Shown: one piece after another, positions 50,401 through 63,624 of the stretch
How the letters are laid out: each line of letters starts with the position of its first letter
How positions within the stretch are numbered: position 1 is the first letter of the stretch
Source of the DNA: Podarcis vaucheri
Lineage: Eukaryota
Assembly: GCA_965113315.1 (NCBI GenBank)
Contig: OZ220367.1
DNA: 64,000 nt
Strand: one strand, 5' to 3'
Program-made: the position numbers and the translations under genes
Notes under the pieces: generated by a model
The model's database searches: none
What the model saw: the letters and a program-made list of their open reading frames with translations, nothing else
Told to the model about the DNA's origin: nothing

Positions 50401-52989
50401 CATCACCAGGCATGTAATTTGCCTTCTTTAACTATTTTTTTTTTATCATCTTCATCAATAAATTGGCAGCCTTAATAAATGAAGATAACCTCACTAAATT
50501 CTCTTTGGATTCTTTTCAAGGATTCTGAGACATAGAGAATGTGGCTACGAAATACAGTAGGTGTTAAAACACCGTCTCTTCTGCATAAAGTTTAAAATTT
50601 CCATACATTTGCCATATAGAGTGTCAGCCAAAGCAAAAACAATGGCCACTTTTTGGGGGAGGGAGACACAGCACTTTCATAGCAAAGCTACTATAAGACT
50701 TTGACTTTTAAATAATGGACTCAGAGAAACAGGAATCAGCTTAAGGTTCAAAAGGTAGGTTCAAAATATTACACCATGTTTTGCAAAAGTGTTAATGTGT
50801 CCCTCCACCCCCTTCCCCTTTCTTGGTAAATGGCAAACGTTTACAACCCAACTAAAACAGTGCCAGGAGAAATCCTGTGTTTGCTCTTTGGAAGATATTC
50901 AATAAATTATAGTGAGCTGCAAATGTCATTGGATAGGGAATGGAAAGAGCTTTACCTTTAAGTCTTTAAGTAAAGACTTGCAGCTGGTGCAGCCGCTCAG
51001 TAATCCCTAATGATAAGCTCCTTTTAATGCGAGGGTGAGGCAGTTTTCACATGGATACTACTGCATTAACCTTACCCTAGGTATGGTGCAGGTGAAAAGC
51101 AGCCGTGTACTCAGCAGCTTTTCCTACCCCTGCTTTATTCCCCTAATGCATCTCAAGCCTCCTGTAAAAGATCCCCTTATACCAAGGCAAAAAGATTGCA
51201 GTTCAAGCCTATTATCAACAAAAACCTGCCAAAGGGGCTACATTGTCAGACTTTATGGTGGTACTAACTATTCTGTTGTTCTCAGGAGACCAAACTTAGA
51301 CCATTAAATTCCCTTCATTTGTGATATCAGTGACCTGGACGGCAGACATAGGTCTTTTGATGTAAAAATGCTACTGCAGGAATCAATGGTACCATCTAGT
51401 TTCCCCTTAACGTATATCATAAAAGTGTAATGGTGCTCTTCCAAAGAAAAAGTGACACTCCTCTTGTATAATACAATTATACGAGGATGATGTTTTCCGG
51501 GGAGTTTATTTGATATTATGATGTGCAGAGCCTTTGCCCATTAAAATAAACTATGAAGCTGACTTCACTCTATTACTTTCAGTAGGCTAAGTGTATTGTC
51601 TCTAGTAGAGTATAGATAATTTTCATGCAACAGGGAGCTATTTCCATATCCTCTTCATGTAACAGATGAGCTTATAAATAGGCTTGGATTTACTCAAAAA
51701 CCAACAAATGCACTGTCTATAGACACATTTAAGACAAAGGCTGTTTTCCAAATGGTCTTCTTTGATATGGAGGTTCCCATGAAATGCTTAGTTGAGTTGA
51801 CGGATTCCCACTATTTATAGTAAATGTGCCACATATTGAAAAATTGCATTGCTTTTTTTTTCCTCCCTGGAAGATTGCCCCCCCCCCGCCACACACACAT
51901 CATTTCTATCAGAAGACCCTTCATGTATACCCAGAAATCCTCAGAGCTAAAGCTATTAGTAAACAACACACAGTGATAGCTCACTAGCAAACAGCGAACA
52001 GGTTTACAATTAATGAAATTGCTGGAACAGAATAAACAGAAGAGGTAACTATGGTTGCACGTTCATGGTTTAGCACAGACAACAACAACTCTGCTTGGAT
52101 GATGCATTCTGCAATGATAACCTCCTGAAGCAAAACATTATATATATATAAAAACCACCCCAGCACCACCACCACAGTAACAACAAAATGAAAAATGATG
52201 CGATGCTCTGATGTTCCAGTGTTTGCCAGAGGCTCATGCGTTCAGACTAAAACACTTAGAGGGGAAAGTGTGAAAACTAGTTTTATTGCTCTCCTATGCA
52301 GGGTTTAGAGAGTAATTTTTAAATGGTTCCATTTTATACTGTAGGGGCAAAATTAAAGCAGTCATAAGTCTCATTGCAGTCTTCATTTTCTCCTTTGCTC
52401 CCTTCATGCAAGTAACTTGAGACTTCTGAATCCATTAGGGAGAGCAATACCTACAGCAACATTCACCTCTCTAGAGGGGAGGAATGTATATTTTTCTTTG
52501 CCAGCCTTTCCCTTTCTCTCTCTCCTAATTCAAGACCCATCTGTAATAGTGGCAATAGCTTTTAGCCTAGGACTGGTAAGGCTCAGGTTATTCATGGGAT
52601 GAGCCATAATACAGTGAGCCATAGGGTGAGGTGGAAGACTTTTGGCTTATCAGTGTGCAACACAATAGCCCAAAAGGGAACATCACAACCCTTGGCTTCA
52701 ATCCTTTTTCTAGGCATCCACCTCTTTTGCATGGTTTGGAAACAGAATCCCATCTCTTTTTAGCCATATGGCCTATTTGTACATTTGCACATCCAGTGCA
52801 GTTGATTCATACATGGTACTCAGTTTCTGCACATGGAGTTGGAATGCACCAGCTATATCATAGCAGCTGCACATAACACTAAGCAGTAGTTTGTGTAACA
52901 AACAATGAGTTGTCCGATAGACAAGGCTTGTTTCTCCAAAGCTTGATTTCTTTTCCAATTGCTCTTGCCTTGTGCTTCTGTAGCTTAAA

Positions 52990-53217
52990 ATGAACATAAG
53001 TGGTGGAATGGCCAAACAAACCATGGGTTAAGCAAGACTGTTAGTTTCAGAGCCATTACTAAAGCAAGCCATAATTCATAAATCAACAATAAACCATGAC
53101 TTCACGTTGTGATTTATGCCCCCCCCCCATCACATTCTTCAGGGCTTGGTTCACTCATTAAAACTAACAATAGTTAGGATAAACAAACCGTGACCTAGCA
53201 TTATGTGTGAACCAGGC
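52990..53217. mobile_element. Old MITE (Harbinger-like) fragment
   Basis: Repeated AAACCATG/AAACCGTG motifs ending TGTGTGAACCAGGC, with an internal inverted GGCTTGGTTCAC. Confidence 0.4.
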
Positions 53218-54899
53218 AACTGTGTATTTCAAATTCCTCAGGGAATACTTATTGGGCTGTATGATTTTCTAAATGTGAAAATGACCCTTGGCTTCTGTGC
53301 CTCCTGTTCTTCCCAATGGCTTCTAGTTTCCTAACTCCCCATAACTTCTTTTTAGGTGAATCATCCCTGTGTGCTCCAGCTATCCCTTTACCACCATCTC
53401 ATTTATCTCGAAGTTATAAAGAAATTAAATCCTAGAACAAAAAACAAAACAAAAACCCTTGATATTTGCAGCTGGAATACATTAACTATACAAAGCACAA
53501 TTCTACAGATTGTGTAATTGGATAATCAGACCACCAAATTTTCATTTCCTGGTTGCTTAATGTCATTTTTTAAAAAGATGTATAGCAATCTAAAATGCAA
53601 GCTTTCTTAGAGTGACAAAAAGGGATTATCCCAAGTTAAAATATTAGAATACCATACATTGGAGGCAACCTGTGCCAGATTTCAAAGCAGCATGTTCCCT
53701 TGTTCCTTCAACCTTGGTATTATTGCTTCTAATAATGGCCCAAAGGTTGTGGCCACTGTACCATCAAGAATAGGAAAATTTGTTCAGTTGGCATGTTTTG
53801 CAGTCTCTTAAACTGATTGTTCATGATTTCTTAGGTAAACACTAGGCTATAAAAAGCACAAGCTCTGAAGAAGTAAAGTGCCATGTATTATTATTATTTA
53901 ACCATAAGAAATCAAAGCCTCTGGCCACTTCACTTCCTTTACAGCTCATAACACCTTCTACAGAAGTTTCAGAAGCTAAAAGACTGACTCCACACCAGAT
54001 CAGACCAGAGATACAGTAAAATAAGTCAAGGAAAATTCCCACCTATATATGGCTGAATGACTCCTTGAGCAATAAAATGTCATTAGTGACTATAAAATGC
54101 TACAGGGGGATGATGGAGGGCACTCTGAATTTGGCTTTCTACCAGTAAAGTCGGTACTGAGAACTCATGTGCCAATTTGCAGTCCCGCTGACTCTCTTTC
54201 TATAGCTATTTCATTTCTCAGTCATTGCCATAGTAATTTGATGCTCAATTTTTCCCCTTCCTGCATCAGTGCCACATATTTCACCTTGATACAATGATGA
54301 CTGTTCCCCCTTCTCGTCCTTTTGTTAGCCTCTACTACTGTTTAACACGAACACGAGGGATTGCTGGCTTAGAGAAAACTTAAAAAGGGATGGAACCCCC
54401 AAAGGAACCTTAAGTTGCAATAACCCTCATCGTCATAGCAATGAAAAAGCTACCATTGACAGAAGTGGAGCGAAATTGTCCTCACAATGGTATGCACAGC
54501 AACTTATATATCTCTTTCCACCTCTTCTATTATCCTGTTAATTTTTGTTTCTGAAGTTTTTCACCATTTTATTAATGAGCCATGGTTCACCTAATGAACG
54601 AGTTGTAGGGCTTATGGAAAGAACTTCCCAGATTCAAAACTATTATCTTCCCAAATTCAGGTAACTTATGCCGATAGCATTAGAGGATAATATGAGGAGC
54701 ACAACAAATCATGACTTTGACCTTCTGCCTTGCAGCATCCGTCTTCGTGCCATAAACTGTGTTTCTCCTCTACCAGCTTGAAACAAGCATGCAGAGACAA
54801 TTAGTAACACTGCTGTTCCTGAAATTAGGCAGTAATGGAAATAATGGCTGAGTACTGTGATTCTAGGAAAATACAAAATATTACTTTGAACATTCTGAC

Positions 54900-54921
54900 A
54901 AAATAAAATAAAATAAAATAA

Positions 54922-54966
<45 letters not shown>
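54900..54966. repeat. (AAAAT)n(AAT)n microsatellite, tail of the L2 LINE
   Basis: Seen directly. Confidence 0.9.
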
Positions 54967-55186
54967 TTATTTCTACCACACCCTTCTGGCTGGGTTTCCC
55001 CAGCCATTCTGGGCAGTTTCCAACAAAAGATTAAAAATACATTAAAACATCAGTCATTAAAAACTTCCCTAAACAGGGCTGCCATCAGATGACTTCTAAA
55101 TGTCAGATAGTTGTTTATTTCTTTGATATCTGAAGGGAGGGCATTCCACACGGCGGACACCACTACCGAGAAGGCCCTCTGCTTAG
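54900..55186 (-). mobile_element. 5'-truncated L2 LINE 3' end
   Basis: Minus-strand translation KQRAFSVVVSAVWNALPSDIKEINNYLTFRSHLMAALFREVFND* matches the L2 ORF2 C-terminus RAFS..AP.LWN.LP......F...LK..LF. It is followed by a 3'UTR and (ATT)n tail. Confidence 0.9.
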
Positions 55187-58100
55187 ATCCTTAGTGTTTC
55201 GGCTGAACCTGTCACATAACCATCAAGGAAATGTCTGATATTCTCATGCTGTATCAATGATCATTGGTGTCCTCACAGTATTTTAGAGTTTTAACATATT
55301 TGGCAGCACAATGTCCTGTGCAATACAAAGCAATTGTGCCACAGACTTCACCGCTTAGAAATTCTGAACAGTAAGCAGTATATAAATTTGTGAATTAAAA
55401 CTGGTGAAATAGTCATGCTAGACATCCCCAACGGTATGTACTTCAGAGTGTTGTGAAAGTTCAATTAAATGCTCATGCATAACCATTTGCTTCAGTTTCT
55501 TAAATTCTACACATGCACAAAATATGGATGCACAGGGAATCCCTCTGCATATTACTGGATCTGCCAAATGTGTTGTTGACTCCAGAATTCTAGAGGAAAT
55601 CAATTTCCAAGTGCCAGACTAACCAGGAACAGTTTTCTTAGAGGGAATTCAAAGCAATACTAGAGGCAGTCTCATATACATATTCTTACACAAAGAGCTA
55701 AGATGGGAGTATCTTGTCATTGTGGTCCTTATGATGGTCAATACACCAGTGTTATAGTTTCTTACAACTGAGCAGTGTAGTGGAGTCACTAATTTTGTTC
55801 TTATTGTATAGTATACTAAGCACGATAATCAATCCAGCCCTAGCAAGGGGCATAAACTCATATTTCTACTTGCTGGGGATTTAAAAAGTGCTTCTGCTTC
55901 TTCTTCTTTAAAAAAAGTAAAATCTATGCATTCCAACAAAGGAGACCATGTTGACTTAGTTCTTCATTGTTTTCTTGTCAGAATCTGTTTTCCTCAATTA
56001 ATGGCTCAAAATGCTTCTGATCTTAAAATGTGGATAAAATTATGCCAACCCTGTCTGCTCTTTTACAGGCAATTTGACAGCTCTGGTTCTTGCCAGCGTT
56101 CTATTTTTCTCTGCTATCTTATTCCTTCCAAATGCTATCTGGCAGTATGTTACTAAGAAATTAGCCTGCCTCCCTACCTCTGATTGCCCAGATGGACATC
56201 TTAGAAAGCTAGAGAAAAGCAACTTGACAACTGGAAACCAGCCAGTTCTCAGGAAAGATGCATTGCATTGAGCATAAGGGACCAAAATGTTAAAGAATTA
56301 AAGTAACAGAAGGTGTCAATGCTGAAAGAGTACTGATTAACAAGGTGGCGAGTTCAAGGGGAACTATTAGTATTTTACACATTTAGTATGTTATATACTA
56401 AAGCCTCTCATGCAGTAAGATGCATTAGACTCAGAAGAGAATGGGAAGTAGAAGCAACAGCACCAGTGGCACTGGTTATTTCTTCCCAAAGCAGCAATAA
56501 ATTGCTCACTTTCCAATTCCATATTTGAATTTGGACTGATGGCTTTTCAGCAATATAATGGTAGGCAAGTTTTGGGGTTTGTTTTTTAAAGAGGCAGTGC
56601 ACTCAGAATTCTCAAACTGTTTTTTGGGTTCAACCCCTAAAATTCTGTGTTGCTGGTCCTCTGAAAGCCCACACAAGCTAGGCTGCATAATGGTTGACTA
56701 CAGAACAGGTTGAAATCTAGCCCTCCTAGCTGCAGCAATACAAATCAAGCCGCAAACCACTAGAGTCAATGCAAAAGTAGGTACAGACCAATTATTTGAG
56801 GTGTTTGTACTAAGAATTGGAACCACAATTTCCTGGGTGCTCAAGAGGAAAAGTGCATCTATCTCAGCATCACAGAAGCTACTGAGCTGCTCCTGTGTGG
56901 CACACTTGTATCAAAAGTTGCTTTGGAGGGTGTTGGGCACAGGGCTTCCAATGTTCCTCTGCAAATGAGACTGCTAAGGTTCTTCCACTTCTCTTCTATT
57001 TCCTCTTCTACTTGCTGTGGTCAGCATAACTCTAGTTTTGCTCAAGAGTAGGAAAGGGAAGACGCATCAGCTCACCTCTCTACCCCTCCACCTCCTGCTA
57101 AGCAGCAGTGACCCAAATGACTAGAGGTTAGCTGTGCAGCAGTGGCTTAGCCCACCATTTACTACTGGGAACAGTCACAACCTTGTGTGGTGCCTCGGAA
57201 CGTCTAAAGTTATATAAACACATCCTTGCTGCAGCACTTGGCAGCCTCTATCTACAAGTGAGCCAGTCATCAGAACAAACCATTTCTGGTACTGGTGTTC
57301 TGGCAAAACAAACCTCTTTGTGCAACCCTGCATCTCAAACAGTCCCTTAGGGTTGGACTCTCTTTCCCATTAACTTCAGTGCAATGAAAATAGTTTGTTT
57401 TTAAATGCACTTTGATGTACAGAAGTCATGCTATGTTGGGTATGGTGAAATAAATTGTGCATCGCTCAATTACATCCCTCACACCCCAAATAAACCTATG
57501 TGCGAATATGACTCTGTTTGCCCTGAGTGAACGTCACAATTTCCACTAACGCAGAAGAGTCAACACTTCCTTGCATGGGCAACTAGCCTTAAATTTATTT
57601 AATCTCAGATACACACAATAATTTAGATTGCCAATAACTGGGACAAACCATCCCACCCTAATCCAAAGATTTTTTTTATAGATTGTATCGACAATCCCAG
57701 AACTGTTGAGTCCCTTGGGAGCGAGTAACAATACACAATGCTCCAGCACCTGAGCATTGTGCATTAGTGAATAGTGTGAAATAATAATAATTTTCAATAT
57801 GGCAAACACGAAACATGGGCTATGAATTCCAGTGCTAAGATCTGGTGGTGACATAAGCTGAGACTCAGAACAAAAATCCATCTAAATTGTTCTGAATTTA
57901 AACACTGGTTTTCATCCTTTTGGGACAATTTATGCTTTAGGCAGAGCTTTTCTACAAGGTTTCATACTGCATGTGTGCATATTATACCTCCAAATTGCCT
58001 CCAAGCTGACAATCTTTTCTGGTGCATTATGACTTTGCTGCCGAAGATCTACCTAGCCAAATTAAAAATAATCCCTAAAGAAAAAGAAAAGGAGGGGGAC

Positions 58101-58808
58101 TTTCAACATGGCCTATTGTGAGGCACCTTTGACCTTGCAGAAGATATTCAAATCTTTAAGCAAGACTGCCAGTGGTAGCGCAAGCCCTGTACAAACACCC
58201 TGCATCTTGATTGATAAATATGCTATGTTTACCCTGTGATTACTGTATAGTATTTTAGGTTCTTGCTAATTTATTTGGAACTCTTAACCTGTTAGGTTAT
58301 AAATTCAGCAGCATTTGATAATGAACCATGTTGAAATAAATCAGCATCTGGGGAGGGGGGGCGGCAGAATATCCTAAGGAACTCTGCAAATGAAAAAGAA
58401 AAATCACTTCATAGATCTCAGTGTATGAAAAGGTATGACAGCCAAGACAGACAGACATATTAACCTTTTATAAATCCTTGGCATCTAATCCCTGTAAGTA
58501 TTACTTCATACAATTCTTCCATAAAAGAGGCATATATAACATTAAAGCTCCATATCACTAGTAGCTTTATTACTGAAAGCCAACACTTATAGACAGCCTG
58601 AGAAGTCTGGGAGGCAGAGAAGACACATCTATGCTCGTATGTGTATTAGATGGATTTCCTTTGGTATGGATCATGTTATTTAGATTGCATATCTCCAATT
58701 CTGTTTGGAAGCAAATCTGGTGTGTGTGTGTTTGCCTCTGTTTCATAGGGCACCTGGACAGACCTTAGTGGAACATGGGTCTCTATTAAGCTGCTGTTCA
58801 GTAGTTTG

Positions 58809-59330
58809 NNNNNNNNNNNNNNNNNNNNNNNNNNNNNNNNNNNNNNNNNNNNNNNNNNNNNNNNNNNNNNNNNNNNNNNNNNNNNNNNNNNNNNNNNNNN
58901 NNNNNNNNNNNNNNNNNNNNNNNNNNNNNNNNNNNNNNNNNNNNNNNNNNNNNNNNNNNNNNNNNNNNNNNNNNNNNNNNNNNNNNNNNNNNNNNNNNNN
59001 NNNNNNNNNNNNNNNNNNNNNNNNNNNNNNNNNNNNNNNNNNNNNNNNNNNNNNNNNNNNNNNNNNNNNNNNNNNNNNNNNNNNNNNNNNNNNNNNNNNN
59101 NNNNNNNNNNNNNNNNNNNNNNNNNNNNNNNNNNNNNNNNNNNNNNNNNNNNNNNNNNNNNNNNNNNNNNNNNNNNNNNCAGCGATTTCAGGAAACTTNN
59201 NNNNNNNNNNNNNNNNNNNNNNNNNNNNNNNNNNNNNNNNNNNNNNNNNNNNNNNNNNNNNNNNNNNNNNNNNNNNNNNNNNNNNNNNNNNNNNNNNNNN
59301 NNNNNNNNNNNNNNNNNNNNNNNNNNNNNN
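58809..59330. other. Two assembly gaps (58809-59179, 59199-59330) around a 19-bp island
   Basis: Seen directly. Confidence 1.
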
Positions 59331-60076
59331 CAGCAGCCAACTATGTGACATGTTGCCAGAGCCTGAACTCTTCCACATTCCCACCTTTAATTATACTGGT
59401 TCATTACTAAAGAGATAAGTGTCTCTCCAGTTAAGATTCTATAAATGAACACCATGAGGGCACCTCCCAAATCATTTTTGAAGAAACCATGAAAAGGTGA
59501 TAACGGTTATGAAGGGGGGGGGGGCAACGACGAATTATCACCTGCTCTCTTTCTTCCTTCTCTGTAATAACATTAAAACATTAAGATGAATTCTTTTCTT
59601 AAAAAAAAAAATCTCAAAAAGGAATTGCCCATTCAGTAGCCTATTTTGTTTAAGATTGGAAAAGGTTGAGGAAAGGGGGGTGGGGGGTGGTGCGAGAAGA
59701 AAACATTTGCGATTAAAAAAGAAAAGAAAAGAAAATTCTTCCATAAATCCCAACAGAGATAATTTGCTGCAAAATTTAAACCCAGTGAGAACTTGTCTGT
59801 CTGTGTTAAATAAAAAAAAGTTACGGTTGGTAGGAGACATGTTTTTGCAGTAGCTTTAGCGATTATAGGAAATTACATGCAAAGCCAGAGTTCTGATCCT
59901 AAGTTAATTTATAATTGGAAAAAACTTATTAATTAGCTATGGCATTCTAATTAAGAATTAGAATTAGAGGAGTGTGTGTTAAAAAGCCAGTCAATACCCA
60001 ACTGTCAGTATATTTTTTTATTAAAAAAAACCCTTCCGACAGCTCTCAGTCCACTTCCCCTCCCTTATTTTTTATA

Positions 60077-60078
<2 letters not shown>

Positions 60079-60121
<43 letters not shown>
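60079..60121. repeat. (AT)n microsatellite
   Basis: Seen directly. Confidence 0.95.
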
Positions 60122-60123
<2 letters not shown>

Positions 60124-60660
60124 TAGTGGGAACTATCTTTTCTAGAATATAGATAGCCAAAGAAATACGGTTAACAGGGATATATATTTAAGTCACAATG
60201 CACACCATTTCAAACATGGACTGCATACTGTTGACATTCAGAGCTTAGCTTGCATCTTTAACAAGTGCACATAAGGTCCTTTTGTGCATGTACAGGGAGG
60301 CTCCCAAATATGATCAGTACAGAACACACCAGATACCTTCCGAGAGGCATTTATTTCATGCATATGCAGAATATACAAAGATAAGCAGCAAGACAAAGGG
60401 GGATGATTCTACCCTTGCTGCCTCAGATGGGGCAGGGTTAGACTGGTGTGCATCAATAGTTGTACTGTATGCATATCAGCAGTGCACAGTGATTTGTACT
60501 GAAAGGCAGATGTGGAAAATTTCCCCCCTTTTTAATCCCCCCCTCCCTGATAAAAAAACCCTCTTCCTATAAGCTGGCCGCAATGCTCCCTTAAAAACGC
60601 CATTGTGTCTCCTGATACTTACTTTCACAGTGCTAGAATATTTGAAAGGAAATTAAACAT

Positions 60661-60681
60661 TGTGTGTGTGTGTGTGTGTGT
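60661..60681. repeat. (TG)n microsatellite
   Basis: Seen directly. Confidence 0.95.
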
Positions 60682-61059
60682 AAGTTATCTAAGTTATTAC
60701 TCTGCTATGCAGTTTGTGTAAGGAAAAAATACCCCATTTTGAGACATATGCTTTAATCCGAAACATACTGTTTTCTTAAATGAGAGAGAGAAATCAGTCG
60801 GGACTCATTTTTCATATTAAATATCATTATGTTAAAAATAATTGTTAAAAACATAAGCAGAACTCTAAAAAGAAATCTTGACAAGCTATTCCTTCTGACC
60901 CCCTCCTCAACCAAGTACTTTTAAAAAACTCACACCTGCATATTCCTCACTCTGAGTTTATTTTCAGGGTAATTGACACATAACAAGAAATCCTGGTTTG
61001 GCATGATGTGAGCAGCAGTTCTGTCTGTCCAGCTGCCCGTCTATCTTGTTTGTTGGTTT

Positions 61060-61252
61060 CATTGCATCTATATCTCACCTTTACTCTAAGGTGGTTTGTA
61101 TGGCTTTTCCCTGCCCCAATTTATCCTCACAACAACTCTGTAAGGTAGGTTATGCTAAGAAGTAATGACTGGCCCAAGGCCACCTAGTGAGTTTCATGGC
61201 AAAGGGGCAATTAGAACCCTCATCTCCCAGCTGCTAGGCCACCACTACACCA
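61060..61252 (-). mobile_element. MIR-like CORE-SINE (Squam3-like)
   Basis: Minus strand reads TGGTGTAGTGGT...GGGTTCTAAT...GCCATGAAACTCACTAGGTGGCCTTGGGCCAGTCA...AACCTACCTTACAGAGTTGTTGTGAGGATAAA, i.e. a tRNA head plus CORE domain. Confidence 0.8.
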
Positions 61253-62958
61253 CCCTGGTATGATATCATGTGTTGCAGAAGAAAAATAGGAAATAACATA
61301 TTTAAATAGCCTATAACTAATTTAATTAATAGTTTTTAATAAAAAAAATTCTTCCAGTTACCCCAATCATTAAAACATAGTAACAACCCCCCCCCAAAAA
61401 AAGAAATTGACAAAAGAACAATTGCTATTTGGCATCTAAGTAGGCAAACCAGTGTCTGCCGTCTGCCTACAGTCACAGGTTAAGTCAGGTATCAGTGCTG
61501 CTTCAGATTACATCTGTACTTAATTAGAGTGTGCCATAGCTAAGTGAAATGCTGATTCAGACTGCTATTGTCCTATATGCTCAACATATGAATGAATGGC
61601 CCCTACCCCTGTCTTCTGTCTGGAGAGTGAAGGATCAGAAGCAAACTTTCCCCTTCATTCTGCTCTCTTTCCATCAACAACTGCATGGTGGTATTTGAAT
61701 ACATGCATCCCAACCCAAAGTGCTCCAGAGCTACATTGTGCACATGAGATCGAGTGCAAACGTAGGTGGGCTTTCTTATTCACTTCATCGTTGAATACAT
61801 CATTGTTGCATGTGCAAAGCCTGTTGCTAAAGTTCAAGTGCATTAGACAATCTTTACTTGTGTGAGAAGTATGTGTGCATAGCATAATCCCTGTGTGTAC
61901 ACTGAGGACTCGGATTAAATTCTGGGATTTTAGGGGGAGGGCGTTTTAGCCATTTCTGCAAATCTTTAATGAAATAATAATTACATGTCAAAACAATGCA
62001 GATAGATACTGGTTCTTCCTAGGAAGATAGACAGATCTAATCACATTGCATTCAGGTAAAGGGCTTGGAAGTTTTCAGAAGCAATTGCCCGAACTGATGT
62101 GATCTCATAGAATGTGCACAAACATCTCAACTGCTTAAAGAAACAACAAGGCCAGTATTTTTCTGCAAGGGAACAGAGACCAGTTTGTCTAAGATTAAAA
62201 CTTTACATAAATTGTAGGGAGAGGAGGAGCTATTGGGGAGGTTGGGGTTAGCAATTTAAACCAGGAGATAGAGAAACTATCACTGCAGAATCTATAGATA
62301 AGGTCGCTGGTCACTGAAAGAACAGACAGGAAAAGTAGCAAATGTAAAAACGGGAACCTAAGAGAAAGAAAAAAATGGAAGAAGAGGAGAGCTGAAGAAA
62401 ATGACATAGAAGGGAGAAAACTGAGAAAATCAAGTTGGGCAAGCAATGGAATGGGGAATATATTTATTATTGCTGGAAAACAGTTCAAGAGGCTAGCTGA
62501 AAGTGTCATGAGAGAATAAGAGGGGGGTTGAGAAAGAGGGGTTTGAGAAACTGTGCTGATAGTGGTAAAGAATGGAGTGAGCTGGAAGAAATTGGGAAAG
62601 TGGCAAAGCCTTATTTATTGCCATGGATGTGAAGTATTGGCAGGAAGGGAAAGAATTCTGGAAACTAGGGTACAGTGAGACCAGAGTAACAGGTCCATAT
62701 CATTTTCAGAAATACACGAACATACATACAATGATACATCAACTCTAAGACAGCAGCAAGGGCCAAGGCAGAGTTTGATTTAAACTAACTAGACAATTAT
62801 TTTATTGCAAGCTTCTACTATATGTAATACAATTCAATATGAAACACTTCTTGCCTTGCAGAACCCTCTTATACTGATGGCGCAACTAACTCATGCAATT
62901 GGTCCTCCTAGTGCTATTGATCCAGTGAAGGCAACAGCTGACAGAGGAAGGTTGGGGG

Positions 62959-63328
62959 TAGTGATGGGAGAATCAGTCAGTTCCATTTTCTCTCCATTTC
63001 TCATTTTTCCAATCTTAAATTCAGTTGGAATTTTTTTTTATATCAAAAAGTCCTCATGAAAATCGATCAGGATTTTAGAGAGAAATTCTCATTATATATG
63101 TCTGTATGCAATTTTGCCTAATATACACATATAATGCATTTTTGTATGCTATTTAAGCACACTTTGCCCCAGTATATACACTTTTGTAGACATTTCTTGG
63201 CTGGAGAACTGCATTGCAAAATTTGGAGAAGTGCAGATTTTGAAGAATGGGTGTGTTTCAGGTCATGTATTGTTTTGGGAAGTCTGAACATTAAATGCAA
63301 ACAGAATGAAATTTATTTCCCATCCCTA
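62959..63328. mobile_element. Non-autonomous hAT DNA transposon
   Basis: TIRs TAGTGATGGGA ... TCCCATCCCTA and a perfect 8-bp TSD GTTGGGGG (62951-62958, 63329-63336). Confidence 0.9.
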
Positions 63329-63624
63329 GTTGGGGGACCTCCCAGAAGCAATTTTCATGGGGTGCTGGGTGTTATGGTGTTTGTGTGAATTGACAATAAT
63401 TGCTTCTCTCTTTCTTTGTTAACAGATGTCTTGCTCTGGATCAAAAAACCTTCGGTTTGTGCAAGGGCACCAGTTAGATACAGCTGGAGGAGTGGAGCCA
63501 CAGCCCAGGAATGCCCCAAAGATTTCAAAATACATTCTGACACATCTTTCACCAATCAAAACTTTTTTGTGGCTGCAGTATCTAAGAGCTATGTTCTATG
63601 AATTTTGCAGAAATATAGTAAGCA

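Noticed and set aside
51459-51487. Short imperfect hairpin TCCTCTTGTATAAT-ACA-ATTATACGAGGA
   Set aside because: A 12-bp AT-rich stem with a bulge is expected by chance and is too short for a pre-miRNA.
59180-59198. 19-bp island between two gaps
   Set aside because: Scaffolding artefact, too short to interpret.
58705-59418. ORFs of 180-237 aa (and those at 47086-47488)
   Set aside because: Artefacts of translating through N gaps.
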